Virus record (IMG/VR): IMGVR_UViG_3300034358_000008
Span: 186,001 to 250,000 of that record
Direction: 5' to 3' (one strand)
DNA: 64,000 nucleotides
Positions 16,906 through 27,624 of this stretch are shown in pieces. The position numbers were made by a program, and so were the translations under genes. The number at the start of each line of letters is the position of its first letter. Position 1 is the stretch's first letter. The notes below the pieces were generated by a model. That model was given only the letters and a program-made list of their open reading frames with translations, had not been told where the DNA came from and searched no databases.

Positions 16906-17252
16906 TGACAAAACGCATTTATATGTTCAACCCGAAGTTTGGTCGATTCAATAGCCCGTCATCGTACTACGGTCAAGTGCTACGTAATAACCGTGACCGT
17001 GAGCTGGGTGGTAACGCTCGTATCCGTAAGAAGGCTCAGGACATCCTGAACGATATCTCCAAGGCTGACGGTTGGGATATCATGCAGAAAGCTATGCGTG
17101 ATGAACTGACCTTTAAGGAATGGCATGCTCATTTCCGAGCTAAGGTTAGTCGTCGTAACACGGGTATCAACAAACGTTGGAACTATGGTTGGGGCTTGAA
17201 GAATAGCTTCAATACCTACATCAGTGATATCAAAATGCAACACGACTATTGA
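16905..17252 (+). CDS. Hypothetical basic protein
   Basis: TAATG coupling; followed by a terminator. Confidence 0.75.
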   Translation: MTKRIYMFNPKFGRFNSPSSYYGQVLRNNRDRELGGNARIRKKAQDILNDISKADGWDIMQKAMRDELTFKEWHAHFRAKVSRRNTGINKRWNYGWGLKNSFNTYISDIKMQHDY

Positions 17253-17255
17253 CGT

Positions 17256-17302
17256 CATAAAGCCCTCACCTTCGGGTGGGGGCAATATGTTCTATTTTTT
17301 TT
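17256..17302. terminator. Hairpin terminator between convergent genes
   Basis: CATAAA-GCCCTCACC-TTCG-GGTGGGGGC-AATATG plus T-tract. Confidence 0.8.
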
Positions 17303-17305
17303 GCT

Positions 17306-17740
17306 TTAATTCGATTCCTCAAACTGCAAAGTAATCGAACCACCCGGCAAGTAAGCCATGCTAACTGTAGTCACATCAATCTTGAATACCGTACCAGCGA
17401 AAGCTTTATCCAGATACTCAGATTCCTGTAGTGGTAACCCAAGCTTCTCACGCAATACTCTCAATACATCAAAGTATCGACTGTAATCCGTAGGCTTACC
17501 CGGAACCTTTACATCCAGCAGATCAGCTTCAATACGACGACGAATGAAGTAGATAGTTTCTTGACCACCAAAATCATTACTCGACGCAGAACCTTGAATC
17601 TTAACACGGGAGTTACATTCACCTTGTAACCAGATCTCTGGTGTAAGGAAGTCAACGTCCGTCATTTGAATAGGAGGACTGACATGGTTATCGATGTTGA
17701 ATTGATTCAGCAAAGATTGTTTAACGTTAGTTGTAATCAT
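17306..17740 (-). CDS. Putative virion structural protein
   Basis: GAGG RBS; YFIRRRI motif of the Y-x-R-L-D family; in structural operon. Confidence 0.7.
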   Translation of the reverse strand: MITTNVKQSLLNQFNIDNHVSPPIQMTDVDFLTPEIWLQGECNSRVKIQGSASSNDFGGQETIYFIRRRIEADLLDVKVPGKPTDYSRYFDVLRVLREKLGLPLQESEYLDKAFAGTVFKIDVTTVSMAYLPGGSITLQFEESN

Positions 17741-17747
17741 GATGACC

Positions 17748-18620
17748 TCAGTTATAGTGCAACAGCAAATAGCCATCGACGTTAGTACTCAGTTCGCTCA
17801 ACCGCAACACCAATACACGTTGCATATCCTTACGTGGAGAGAACCGTGGCAATACAATGCCATTGTACATCACCTCTAGGTGCCCCTCACCGCTTTTAGC
17901 CTCATAGGCAATGTTCCACTCGGCTTCCGTGATAGAACACACCCACGGACGTTTGGTGACGTCCTGTAGAATAGCTGCCATCTTACGACCGTCAAGCCAC
18001 ACAGAGTCTTTACTCAGGATTTTAATGAAATCACGATGCCCTGTGAAGTCAAAACCAGAAGTCATGTATTGAGCAGCGCGTTTAGTACCAGACGTACCCA
18101 ATGGTGCCGGGTTAGCTTTAGGGAACTCGCGTGCACTACCCAAGTTAGACAGCAGTCGCTTGGAAGTGTTAACCAACTGGAATTGAACAGCACCTACAAA
18201 TCGCATGGACTTAGGGTTAGCTTCCAATTGATAGGTCTGACCGAAAGCATCGTACCGAACATGTAAGAAGTCGTTCAATGTAAAGTTGATGTCGTTCAGT
18301 TCAGAGATAGCATCCAAGATCTTGAAGGAGTCAGCGGGTAGCGTGAAGCCACCCAGCTGCTTAAGCGTAGGACCTTTAAAGAACGTAGCCAAATCCAATC
18401 GATCGTAGAAATACTCAGTACGTTCAATCGGTGGAGCTGTATTCGTTTCGGAATCTACTTGGTTAGGACCGATCACTACTCGGGTACGTGTCCCACCAAG
18501 CGACTCCAGCTCGACAAGCTTCGTGGAGTACGGTTCTAACTCTGTTTGGTAAAGGTCGTTGATACGAGCAATGAGGGCGTCCCACGGGGTAGCCTGCAAG
18601 TAGTCTCTAGTCATTAGCAT
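17748..18620 (-). CDS. Virion structural protein (phiKZ gp127-like)
   Basis: FYDRLDL motif; synteny. Confidence 0.7.
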   Translation of the reverse strand: MLMTRDYLQATPWDALIARINDLYQTELEPYSTKLVELESLGGTRTRVVIGPNQVDSETNTAPPIERTEYFYDRLDLATFFKGPTLKQLGGFTLPADSFKILDAISELNDINFTLNDFLHVRYDAFGQTYQLEANPKSMRFVGAVQFQLVNTSKRLLSNLGSAREFPKANPAPLGTSGTKRAAQYMTSGFDFTGHRDFIKILSKDSVWLDGRKMAAILQDVTKRPWVCSITEAEWNIAYEAKSGEGHLEVMYNGIVLPRFSPRKDMQRVLVLRLSELSTNVDGYLLLHYN

Positions 18621-20794
18621 TATGGCTTCTCGAATTTAGGCCAGGTAGGATCAGTTGGTAGATCATAGAAATCAAGATCACCATCTGGGTTTGGATTAGA
18701 AGGTACAGAGATACTAACTCCACCCACACCGATGTTACACACAGGCATTGGATAAGCGTGCTCTTTAAAAGATGTCTCAACTACGTTCACGCAAGGGTCA
18801 ACCCAGTAACGACCATAACCACGATAGCTCCAGAGAATACTTGGGGTAATCGATGCATCCTTAATAGGAATCAATGTCTTACCGAGTGAAGCGATCTTCC
18901 GCACGTTGACGTTAACAATAGGTACGACCTCACCCCAGCCCGAATGAGCAGAGTAGTCACCCAATCTAGGCATTACCATACCTAGTACGTGGAAGTTAGT
19001 GAATTCGACGTTACGGAGGTACTGAGCAATGTAACTAGACATCCGCGACATCAAGCGCAGCAGTTCGCGTTGGATCTCACCCAAGGTAATGATCTTAACC
19101 AAGTTTGCACCGGTAGCAATGTTGATTGCATCTAAACAAAGCTGTTCCATATCGGTGTTAGACATGTCAGTGATGTTGAAGCCTTGTGCATGGAAGTAAT
19201 CATCCCAAACTACTTGACCTTCAACCAAAGTACATTGACGGTTCATGTAATGCATCTTCACGATCTGTTCACAGTATCCACGACCAACCATGTGCTCTTG
19301 GAACGAATACAGTTCCCATTGCTTCAAGTAGTTAGTGTGTGCACGAGCACAATCGAGATAGAAACGTTCAGTCGAGATGTAACTGGTCATTGGTGGAGTG
19401 ATATCCTGAATAGCGGTAATCACTTTATCAGGGATAATCCGTTTAGGGGACATCTCACGCAACTGCATGAACGTAGGCGACTTAGGAATCAGAACTTCGT
19501 ATGCAGTGAATCGAGGAATGAATTCCGACAACACACCACGAGTCTTCATCCAGCAATACATCGTAACGAGGTAAGCATCCTTCACAGACATCGTCATCAT
19601 CTCACCCGTCTTAGGGTTAGGGACTTGGATGAACGCGCGGTAGCGATCGCTAGAGGCTAGTTGTAACCATTCATTCAACAGTACGGACTGAAGACTACGA
19701 ACGTTAGACACAGAACGGTCAATTACCTCAGAGTCGTATACCCGAGTAGGCAGAGAACTGGAAGCACTGTAACCCATATCCTGCATGATGTCCCGTTCAG
19801 TATCGAACTCTACCAACGAGTTGTCTCGGGCAAGCGGTTCTTCACGTGCTAGGATACTAGATACAGGTACAGACTCTTGTCCTTCTTGAACGACATTGAA
19901 GTTAATGTCATGCTTAACCATCTCAACGTGTGCAAGGTTATCTCGCAACATGTTAGTAGAGTTCTGTTCAAGCGTGTACTCCAGAATAGGAATACCACGG
20001 TGAGTCAGGATGTTCTTAACCAATCGTTGGAAGGTATCTTTGCTACCAGCATTACGTTGAAGGAAGTCAATGTTCCGATAAAGCCAAAGCATCTGATACG
20101 TGTCCAGATACGGAATGAAATCATCAAGGTGTTCATGAGACGCAAGGTACTCACGAATATGGTAGCTGTGCGCACGAATGGTCTTAGCCTTAGCTAGGCG
20201 CATTGCCATAATAGCTGGAACCATACGAGAGTACAGGTTACCTAAGAACGCAGCATGGAACAGTTCGTCAACGATGTTAAACTGTTTGTTATACCACCGT
20301 AGATAGAATGTGTTAACCCAATCTTGTAGTTCAAATATAAACGTGTCTTCCTGAGACTCAACATATGCTGGGTCGTGATACAAGATTTCCCCATCGGGGG
20401 CATCGATCGCGGCTTGAATGTTAATGGGATAAAGAATCCCAGTAATGAGGTCAACTTGATTTGGGTATTGCCGAGCCAACGACTTGTAGAGAACGCTACC
20501 TGGGTAGTACTCACGAGCTGTTGCACGGTGAAATTCTAGATTGGCCTTCGTGAACTCGATTTGTTCGAGAGTGTCAGCAGACTTAACATACATCATTTCA
20601 TCGGTTGTATGGTATTCCCCCGCCAAGTGCATGTAGTACTTCCATGTCTCTGGATGAAGGGAATCTGCTTCGATACCAGTTTGTTGATAAAGACGATCAT
20701 TGATTTGAGTTGCAGTCTCACTGAACTTAACAATAACTGACCTTACCAATTTAATAGTGTCGTCACGAAAGATATTAAAGTATACGTTACTCAT
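18620..20794 (-). CDS. Virion structural/baseplate protein (phiKZ gp128-like)
   Basis: WKYYMHLAGEYH motif; divergent from the portal gene. Confidence 0.75.
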   Translation of the reverse strand: MSNVYFNIFRDDTIKLVRSVIVKFSETATQINDRLYQQTGIEADSLHPETWKYYMHLAGEYHTTDEMMYVKSADTLEQIEFTKANLEFHRATAREYYPGSVLYKSLARQYPNQVDLITGILYPINIQAAIDAPDGEILYHDPAYVESQEDTFIFELQDWVNTFYLRWYNKQFNIVDELFHAAFLGNLYSRMVPAIMAMRLAKAKTIRAHSYHIREYLASHEHLDDFIPYLDTYQMLWLYRNIDFLQRNAGSKDTFQRLVKNILTHRGIPILEYTLEQNSTNMLRDNLAHVEMVKHDINFNVVQEGQESVPVSSILAREEPLARDNSLVEFDTERDIMQDMGYSASSSLPTRVYDSEVIDRSVSNVRSLQSVLLNEWLQLASSDRYRAFIQVPNPKTGEMMTMSVKDAYLVTMYCWMKTRGVLSEFIPRFTAYEVLIPKSPTFMQLREMSPKRIIPDKVITAIQDITPPMTSYISTERFYLDCARAHTNYLKQWELYSFQEHMVGRGYCEQIVKMHYMNRQCTLVEGQVVWDDYFHAQGFNITDMSNTDMEQLCLDAINIATGANLVKIITLGEIQRELLRLMSRMSSYIAQYLRNVEFTNFHVLGMVMPRLGDYSAHSGWGEVVPIVNVNVRKIASLGKTLIPIKDASITPSILWSYRGYGRYWVDPCVNVVETSFKEHAYPMPVCNIGVGGVSISVPSNPNPDGDLDFYDLPTDPTWPKFEKP

Positions 20795-20830
20795 GGTAAG
20801 ATACTCACTTGTTTAATTGGGAGTTTTCAA

Positions 20831-23638
20831 ATGGCTCAAAAGTCAAAAGAGAACTATTATCCAAAGCTTGCGGCTTTACGACTAGGTCATGCAGCTACGC
20901 CAACTAACGCGTTGCTGAACCTATTGCGTAAAGATATCAATACTCCAACAGGAGATTCGGCTAAACCGACAGTTGATATCAACCGCTTTACGATGGATAA
21001 AGTTTCTCGACAAACCTCGCAGGACATTACAGACTCGAATGCTGTGATGCAACTGCTGCCTGAACTTCAGCTAGTGAAGACGGTAGCAGTCGGTACCACG
21101 CTTGACCCGAAGTCTATGTCGGAAGCGAACCTTACGTTTTCAGTTGATCCCGCTGTATTCGATAGCGAGATTGGTAAGCTACTGATTGAGCCTATTGAGA
21201 ACTTCTTTAAGAAGGACTATAAGATTGACGACCGTCTCGATTTGATCATCGAAGACTGCCTGTTCAACAAAGGCTCATCGATCTTGGTTGTCCTCCCTGA
21301 GAACAAACTCGACGAGATGGTAAACGGTAAACGCGAAGTGTCCATGGAAGCATTTGGTGCTATCCGCGACCGCATTGCTAACTCCACTGGGGACAACCTC
21401 GGCTTCCTTGGTTCACCTAAAGCTTCTACCGATGGGAAGAAGATCTCGCTCGAAGGCTTCCAAGCTACCGATACAGATGAGAACACACTCCAAGGGATGC
21501 ATGAAGGGACACTCTGTAAGTTCGAACACGTTAAGGTGTCAGATAACTTTGATGTCTTGAAAGTTCCACAGATGTCTAAGCGTGTACGTGAGCTGGGCAT
21601 TTCCGCTAAGCTTCGTCGTAACCGTGTTTCGTTGGAATCGGAAGTACATACATTCAACAACACTGAGATCGAAGCACTTTACCAAAATACACGTGCTGGT
21701 AGTGAACAGACTCAGGTACTCAGTTCTCCTAAGTACATGAATCGTCCATCGGTAGGTCACCCGTTGATCTTGCCTCTGCCATCGGAATCGGTTATCCCGG
21801 TATTCGTAGCTGGCCGTCCTCATGAGCATATCGGTTACTTCCTACTGGTAGACCATCATGGTTATCCAGTGTCTAAGGATTCGACTCGTGACTTCTACGG
21901 TGAGCTGCAAGCTGGCTGGAAAGGTGGTGGTTCTGGTGCAGGTGGTTTGGGTAACTCTGAAGTTTTGCGTTTAACCCGTGAAGCTATGGGTGACAACGAT
22001 AACAAGTCTGCTTATGAAGTTGACCATATCCAAACAGCGTTCAACGCTATTCTCACCAGTGACTTGAACAACCGTCTACGTAACGGCATGTATGACCAAG
22101 ACGTAGAGTTTGGTGTTACTCAGGAAATCCAACGGATCATGTTGTATCGTAGCTGGAAGGCTAAGACTACACAGCTGATCTTTATCCCTGAAGAACTTCT
22201 GACCTACATCGCATTCGACTTCAACGCTAACGGTATCGGTGAGACACTCATCGCTCGTACCAAAATGCTGTCGACTATGCGTACTACTCTGCTGTTCGCT
22301 GAAACCATTGGTGGTATGCGTAACGCAATGGGTCGTAAGAAAGTCCGGGTTGAGATTGACCCAGATGATCCAGATCCAGAACAAACTGTATCGAACATCC
22401 AATCGGTTATTATGGAACAAGGTCACCGGAGCTTCCCTCTGGCTGCACCCGATCCAGCACAGACCATGGATGCTCTGATTCGTTCCGGTTATGACTTTGA
22501 GATTAACGCCAACGATTCTGCTTACGCTCAAACGAAAGTAGAGTTCGATGACTACAACACCAACGTCAACGCTGGTAACCCAGAACTGCAAGACCGTCTG
22601 CGTCGTTATCACATCAGCTCCTTTGGTATTCCACCAGAGAAAGTTGACCCAATGGCTTCGCCTGACTTCGCTACCTCGATCGTACACAACGACTTGGTAA
22701 GTTCCCGTGTTGTTAAAGAACGTCAGAAAGCTCTGTGTGCTATGCTGTCTAAGTTCATTCGTGTCTTCTGTGTAAACAGTTCTATCATCCGTGATGAGCT
22801 GAAGAAGAAGATCGAAGCTAACGTAGAGATGCTGGTATCTCCTGAGCTGAAAGTCCTGACTGTTGACCAAGTGATTGACGAATTCATTCTCGCTCTGAGT
22901 GTGGATCTGCCAGCACCTGACAACACCCAACACGAACGTCAACTGGAATCCATTGAAGCTTACGAGCGTCTGTTGGATAAAGGTCTGGAAGCTTACATTA
23001 CTCCTGATTTGTTCCCTGATGACGTAACTGAGATCTCTGGCTTGGCTGACGATGTACTCGTTAACCTTAAGGCGCTGTTCATTCGTCAGTTCATGTCGAC
23101 TAACAACATCCTTCCAGAACTCAATATCCTGACTGAGATGGACGGTAGTCGTCCTGCATTTAGTCTGTTGGATCACATCAACGTATCTCGTGCTACATCG
23201 GTTCAAGCATTCCTTGAATACGCTGCTGGTAAGAAGAAGTTCAAAGATCGTCTGAAAGAGATCTACGGTGAAATGATCGAGAAGATCAATAGCGGTGATG
23301 ATTCGGACGGCTTCGGCGGTGACGGTGGTGGAGCAGATGACGGCTTCAATAACGACTCTGAAGCTGATGATGGTTTCGGTGGAGACCAAGGTGGGGGTGA
23401 TCAAGGTGACATATCCATGGATGGTGGTGACAGCGGTGATCAAGGTTTGGATGAGGGAACTCAGAACGAACTAGATTCCGACTTCGATATGGGCGGAGAC
23501 CAAGGTGATCAACAAAATGATCAAGGCGACCAGTCTAACGAAGAATCCGAAGAACCAGACGCTGAAGGTCTAGACGACCCGATGGGTGCTGCGGAAAAAG
23601 ATGAGGAAGAAGACGAAGAGAAGGACAAACCTCTCTAA
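20831..23638 (+). CDS. Portal protein (phiKZ gp129-like)
   Basis: 935 aa; SVGHPL..LPSESVIPV..G.PHEHIGYF motif; SME/SLE sites; acidic C-terminal tail; synteny. Confidence 0.75.
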   Translation: MAQKSKENYYPKLAALRLGHAATPTNALLNLLRKDINTPTGDSAKPTVDINRFTMDKVSRQTSQDITDSNAVMQLLPELQLVKTVAVGTTLDPKSMSEANLTFSVDPAVFDSEIGKLLIEPIENFFKKDYKIDDRLDLIIEDCLFNKGSSILVVLPENKLDEMVNGKREVSMEAFGAIRDRIANSTGDNLGFLGSPKASTDGKKISLEGFQATDTDENTLQGMHEGTLCKFEHVKVSDNFDVLKVPQMSKRVRELGISAKLRRNRVSLESEVHTFNNTEIEALYQNTRAGSEQTQVLSSPKYMNRPSVGHPLILPLPSESVIPVFVAGRPHEHIGYFLLVDHHGYPVSKDSTRDFYGELQAGWKGGGSGAGGLGNSEVLRLTREAMGDNDNKSAYEVDHIQTAFNAILTSDLNNRLRNGMYDQDVEFGVTQEIQRIMLYRSWKAKTTQLIFIPEELLTYIAFDFNANGIGETLIARTKMLSTMRTTLLFAETIGGMRNAMGRKKVRVEIDPDDPDPEQTVSNIQSVIMEQGHRSFPLAAPDPAQTMDALIRSGYDFEINANDSAYAQTKVEFDDYNTNVNAGNPELQDRLRRYHISSFGIPPEKVDPMASPDFATSIVHNDLVSSRVVKERQKALCAMLSKFIRVFCVNSSIIRDELKKKIEANVEMLVSPELKVLTVDQVIDEFILALSVDLPAPDNTQHERQLESIEAYERLLDKGLEAYITPDLFPDDVTEISGLADDVLVNLKALFIRQFMSTNNILPELNILTEMDGSRPAFSLLDHINVSRATSVQAFLEYAAGKKKFKDRLKEIYGEMIEKINSGDDSDGFGGDGGGADDGFNNDSEADDGFGGDQGGGDQGDISMDGGDSGDQGLDEGTQNELDSDFDMGGDQGDQQNDQGDQSNEESEEPDAEGLDDPMGAAEKDEEEDEEKDKPL

Positions 23639-23643
23639 GACAA

Positions 23644-23690
23644 CATATTGCCCCTACCAATCGGTAGGGGTTTTATGCCGTTTCTTTTTT
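23644..23690. terminator. Hairpin terminator between convergent genes
   Basis: Same 28-nt core as the MCP terminator. Confidence 0.8.
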
Positions 23691-24972
23691 AACCCTCTAC
23701 ACCCAGAATTCGGAAGTAAGCGGTTTCGTTCTTAAATGGGCTACCTGGATAACGTCCACCATTCACAGCCTTCTGTTGAAGCCAAGGACGGTGATGTGCA
23801 TCGTAGTCGTTACGTTGGTTCATAGTCGAACAGTAAACGTACTGTGCGTCCATAGCGGGGATTATAGCGCTAGCCTGTTGCGGTTCTTTGATGATGTGGT
23901 AATCAAGCATCCGACCGTAAGCACCAACCATCGGTAGTTGTTCTTGTTTACCATCGATGAACCGACCCGGTAGATTCAGGTATTGCACTGGTTCAAAGGA
24001 CTGGAACATACTTGGAGAGTCAACGATAACAAAGAAGCTCTGCGATAGTTGCAGGTACTTCTTAATGATGTCATCACGCTTCAGTTCCTGAGCATCGAAC
24101 AATGTAGGATCAACCTTGCTACGGGTAAGCCCCAAGCTAGTCAAATCCATGTCCTGAGCAGATTGAATGTAACGGTTAAGGAACATCATCTTACCAAAGC
24201 TCAGACGCCACGTCCGTTCATTAATACGTTCGTACACATCAGACAATACGTTGAGATAACCACCTGTCACCAACAGCACAGTCTTGTTCGTAATATCGAC
24301 ATCGTCTGGTATTTGAAGATAGGTAGAATCCCACAGTGGAATATCATCACCCGCTTTACGGATCATGGCTTCACTAATAGGAATATACTTCAACTTACCG
24401 ATCGTCTCAAAGGAATAGAGACCGACTTGGTTATCGTTAGAGGCAACAACTGTTTTGTTACCATCTACAACTCGAACACCTTCATCGGTCCAGTCAGTTA
24501 GATGGAAGTAACCGTTTACCGAGACCATGCAGTAGTCACGAATGGTTTGCGGTTTATGTGTTGGGTGAGTCAGTACCAAGTCTTCTTTGTAATGTACCGA
24601 GATATCTTGTTTGAGACTACCATTAAACCCTTTAGCTTGAACCTTATACCCCGCGTGCCACGCCTGAGCATAGCGTACAAGCCGTAGCTTCTCATTGGGG
24701 AGGGTTAGATCAAAGGGCAGTGTCTTGTTACCGACTTGCGTCAACCACTGCTGTACGGTCAACGTAGGGCTGTAGTTGTTGATGTCTTGTTCTACGTTAA
24801 CCCAGTGAAGGGCTTTCGTAATGGGTGCACCTGCCCCAGGGTATTCGATGTACAGATAAATGTCACCGTAGTTTGCAGAGAGAGTACCAATAGCTTCATC
24901 GGCTAGATCGGCTTCAATCCAACGTCCACTGCGACGGTCTCTGCGGTAGCGGGCCCGCACTAGAGTGTACAT
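23689..24972 (-). CDS. Virion structural protein (phiKZ gp130-like)
   Basis: SVNGYFH and LVTGGYL motifs; GGAGG RBS; synteny. Confidence 0.75.
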   Translation of the reverse strand: MYTLVRARYRRDRRSGRWIEADLADEAIGTLSANYGDIYLYIEYPGAGAPITKALHWVNVEQDINNYSPTLTVQQWLTQVGNKTLPFDLTLPNEKLRLVRYAQAWHAGYKVQAKGFNGSLKQDISVHYKEDLVLTHPTHKPQTIRDYCMVSVNGYFHLTDWTDEGVRVVDGNKTVVASNDNQVGLYSFETIGKLKYIPISEAMIRKAGDDIPLWDSTYLQIPDDVDITNKTVLLVTGGYLNVLSDVYERINERTWRLSFGKMMFLNRYIQSAQDMDLTSLGLTRSKVDPTLFDAQELKRDDIIKKYLQLSQSFFVIVDSPSMFQSFEPVQYLNLPGRFIDGKQEQLPMVGAYGRMLDYHIIKEPQQASAIIPAMDAQYVYCSTMNQRNDYDAHHRPWLQQKAVNGGRYPGSPFKNETAYFRILGVEG

Positions 24973-25063
24973 ATTTACCTCCGAAAGAAAGATTGGACAA
25001 TCCTATGTGAATTTCACATCATTACGCTAACAACAGCGCACTAGCGCTTCTTAGGAGGGCGCG

Positions 25064-27277
25064 ATGGCTTACAGCACCACGTATCTGTATCCAGAAGACC
25101 TTAACGGGACCCTACCGAGTAACCTGATTCCAAGCGAAGTACAAACGCTTCAGGCTCCTGGTCCAACTGATTACTATTTTATTATCCCGAAGGCCGCGCC
25201 GTTCTTCGTTGACTCCTTAATCATAGTCAACCCAGCAAACGGACAGCCTTACGTGGAAGGTGATGACTACCAGGTGGGTCACCTCTTCATTGAAGCAATG
25301 AACTCTACTGGTCGTCCTATCGCCGGTAGTATTCGTTTCATGAGACCCACCATCGTAGGTCAGGTAAGACTGACTTATCGAACTATTGGTGGTCCATGGG
25401 GCTTCAGCGATCAGGCTATCCTTCGTGAACTGTCCAATAAACATCTTAACCCACTCATCCGTAGCTGGGGCGATATCGACGTACTTCCGTACGCGTTCCC
25501 TCCTCTGCCTCACGATCAACGGATCGATAGTTTGGTGGGTTCCGCAGAGATCAATGCTACTCTCGAGAAAATCGCAGAGATCCTTGAAGCTACTGCTGAA
25601 GGTACATCCAAGTCTCACATCGACAACCGGAATAACCCACACGTCGTAACAGCCTTTCAGGTAGGTCTGGGCAACGTCCCTAACTTCCAGATGGCTAACG
25701 ATCAACAACACCTAGACGCTGCTCGTAACGATCTGTTTACGAACCCGCGTGGTGTACTGCTGTTGGTCAACAAGTACGCTGTGACACCTTTGACGGCTCA
25801 CATCCAAGCTAAAGGTAACGTGCATGACATGGTTCCTGCTGATATCGGTCTGGGCAACGTCCCTAACTGGAAACCAGCAACTCCACAGAATGCAATCGAC
25901 CCGACTAACAATACGTCGTTCATGACGCCGTACACAACTAGTCTGTTGATCCAAAAGCTTCAGAACGATCCACGACTCGATCAGTTGATTATCGATTTCA
26001 ATAATCACTTGACTGCACAGAACCCCCACCATATCACTCCTTCGCTGATCGGGACTTACACGTCTCAACAGATCGATGCAATGATTGATGCTATTAGCCA
26101 AGGTGGTGATGCAGCTACATTCGATGGTAAAACACCGGACGAATGGGTTGCTATGTTCCCAGCAGTAGCTGACATCAATCAGATGCTCCAAGAACTGTTC
26201 GATTTGTACCTTAGTGCAAGTAGTACATTGGGTGCACTCGATGTTGAAGATCCAGTTACCCCTGAAGATGCCGCTCTACGCGCTTCGCAAAAGATCAGCT
26301 GGGCCTACGCGGATTATCAAGCTTACGCTTTGTATAATTCGTTAGGTGCCGGGCAGATCATTGCAGATACCGCATACAGTCAAGACTTCCCAACTGGAAC
26401 ACTGGTTGGAGCAGCAGGTAAGTGGTCGACTACGGTCAATGCAGCTTACTACATTAACCCACTCGGTTATATCGAAACTGCTGGCACGGGTGCTATTGTT
26501 ATCCCTGCGAAATACGCAGCTGGTTCAACCGACGTAACGGGTAAGGCCTCGTTGGTATATGCATCGAAAGATTGCATCTACTTGATCCGTAGTACTGACA
26601 CTGTCCTTATTCGGATTGATCGTAGTAGTACAGTTACGACTGTCGGTGCACAAATCGATATCGCGGCACTCTTCTGTAACAACGGTCTGACTGACCCACG
26701 TCCTTTCAGCGTCACTGAGATACAACCTCAGACTGGTGCACGGTCGTGGAATGCTCAGGGCGATGCTAGTTGGGTTACCGCCTTCAACGCAGTTAAGACT
26801 CGCGCTTCTACAGGCAGCTTTACTATCGAAGAAGTACGTATTGGTTCTGGCTATCTGATCGTGATGGTTGATAAAGCTGGTGTTACCTCGTTGTGGATCT
26901 ATCGGATCAACTACGGTGGTTCTATCACGCTGACAGATGTATCGGCAACGACTCTGCTTCGAGATCACTCGACTGGTCTGTCGGTAGCCGCTTCTACTGT
27001 AAACGGTATTAGTGGTATCTCTGGTAACTTTGACCACTTCGTATTTATTCAACCTATTGGTCCAGGTTCGATCCTGTGCGACTTGCTGTCCTTCGGTGAT
27101 GAAACCAAAGGTCAACTGGAAATCACTTCGGCATCTGTACCTTTCATTGCAGCAGTAGCCGGTTTCGGTTTCACTGTTACCGTCAACCAAAACAACTTCG
27201 CTGAGTTCTGGGGCGATTCACCAGATAACTCGATGTTGTGGCGCGGCGGTAAATACATTGAACCTGTCGGTCCATAA
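25064..27277 (+). CDS. Tail-tip/baseplate fibre protein (phiKZ gp131-like)
   Basis: H-x4-NPH / GLGNV.N repeats; beta-rich C-terminal half. Confidence 0.8.
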   Translation: MAYSTTYLYPEDLNGTLPSNLIPSEVQTLQAPGPTDYYFIIPKAAPFFVDSLIIVNPANGQPYVEGDDYQVGHLFIEAMNSTGRPIAGSIRFMRPTIVGQVRLTYRTIGGPWGFSDQAILRELSNKHLNPLIRSWGDIDVLPYAFPPLPHDQRIDSLVGSAEINATLEKIAEILEATAEGTSKSHIDNRNNPHVVTAFQVGLGNVPNFQMANDQQHLDAARNDLFTNPRGVLLLVNKYAVTPLTAHIQAKGNVHDMVPADIGLGNVPNWKPATPQNAIDPTNNTSFMTPYTTSLLIQKLQNDPRLDQLIIDFNNHLTAQNPHHITPSLIGTYTSQQIDAMIDAISQGGDAATFDGKTPDEWVAMFPAVADINQMLQELFDLYLSASSTLGALDVEDPVTPEDAALRASQKISWAYADYQAYALYNSLGAGQIIADTAYSQDFPTGTLVGAAGKWSTTVNAAYYINPLGYIETAGTGAIVIPAKYAAGSTDVTGKASLVYASKDCIYLIRSTDTVLIRIDRSSTVTTVGAQIDIAALFCNNGLTDPRPFSVTEIQPQTGARSWNAQGDASWVTAFNAVKTRASTGSFTIEEVRIGSGYLIVMVDKAGVTSLWIYRINYGGSITLTDVSATTLLRDHSTGLSVAASTVNGISGISGNFDHFVFIQPIGPGSILCDLLSFGDETKGQLEITSASVPFIAAVAGFGFTVTVNQNNFAEFWGDSPDNSMLWRGGKYIEPVGP

Positions 27278-27292
27278 TGGGAGGATAACATC

Positions 27293-27616
27293 ATGGCAAT
27301 GGCTGATTTCACAGTTAAGTTCACACAGCTCAAACAGGTGATGGCGCAGTACTTTGCGCAAACACTACAGAAGTTTACCACAATACGCAATCGTTTGAAT
27401 GCACATACAGGTGCTAAAGGTAACGTTCACGAAATGGTGTCAGCAGACATCGGTTTGGGTAATGTTCCTGACTGGCTACCTGCTACACAGGCTCAAGCTA
27501 AACGGGGCCTTAGTAACAACGCATTCATGACACCGAAACGTGTTGATGACTACGCAGATGAAAACATCTACAAAGTTATCGGCGATGCTTTTGCTGACGC
27601 GGCTGATGATCTGTAA
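27293..27616 (+). CDS. Small virion protein with one H..NVH/GLGNV module
   Basis: HTGAKGNVHEMVSADIGLGNVPDW; GGAGG RBS. Confidence 0.8.
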   Translation: MAMADFTVKFTQLKQVMAQYFAQTLQKFTTIRNRLNAHTGAKGNVHEMVSADIGLGNVPDWLPATQAQAKRGLSNNAFMTPKRVDDYADENIYKVIGDAFADAADDL

Positions 27617-27624
27617 CTAACCGG

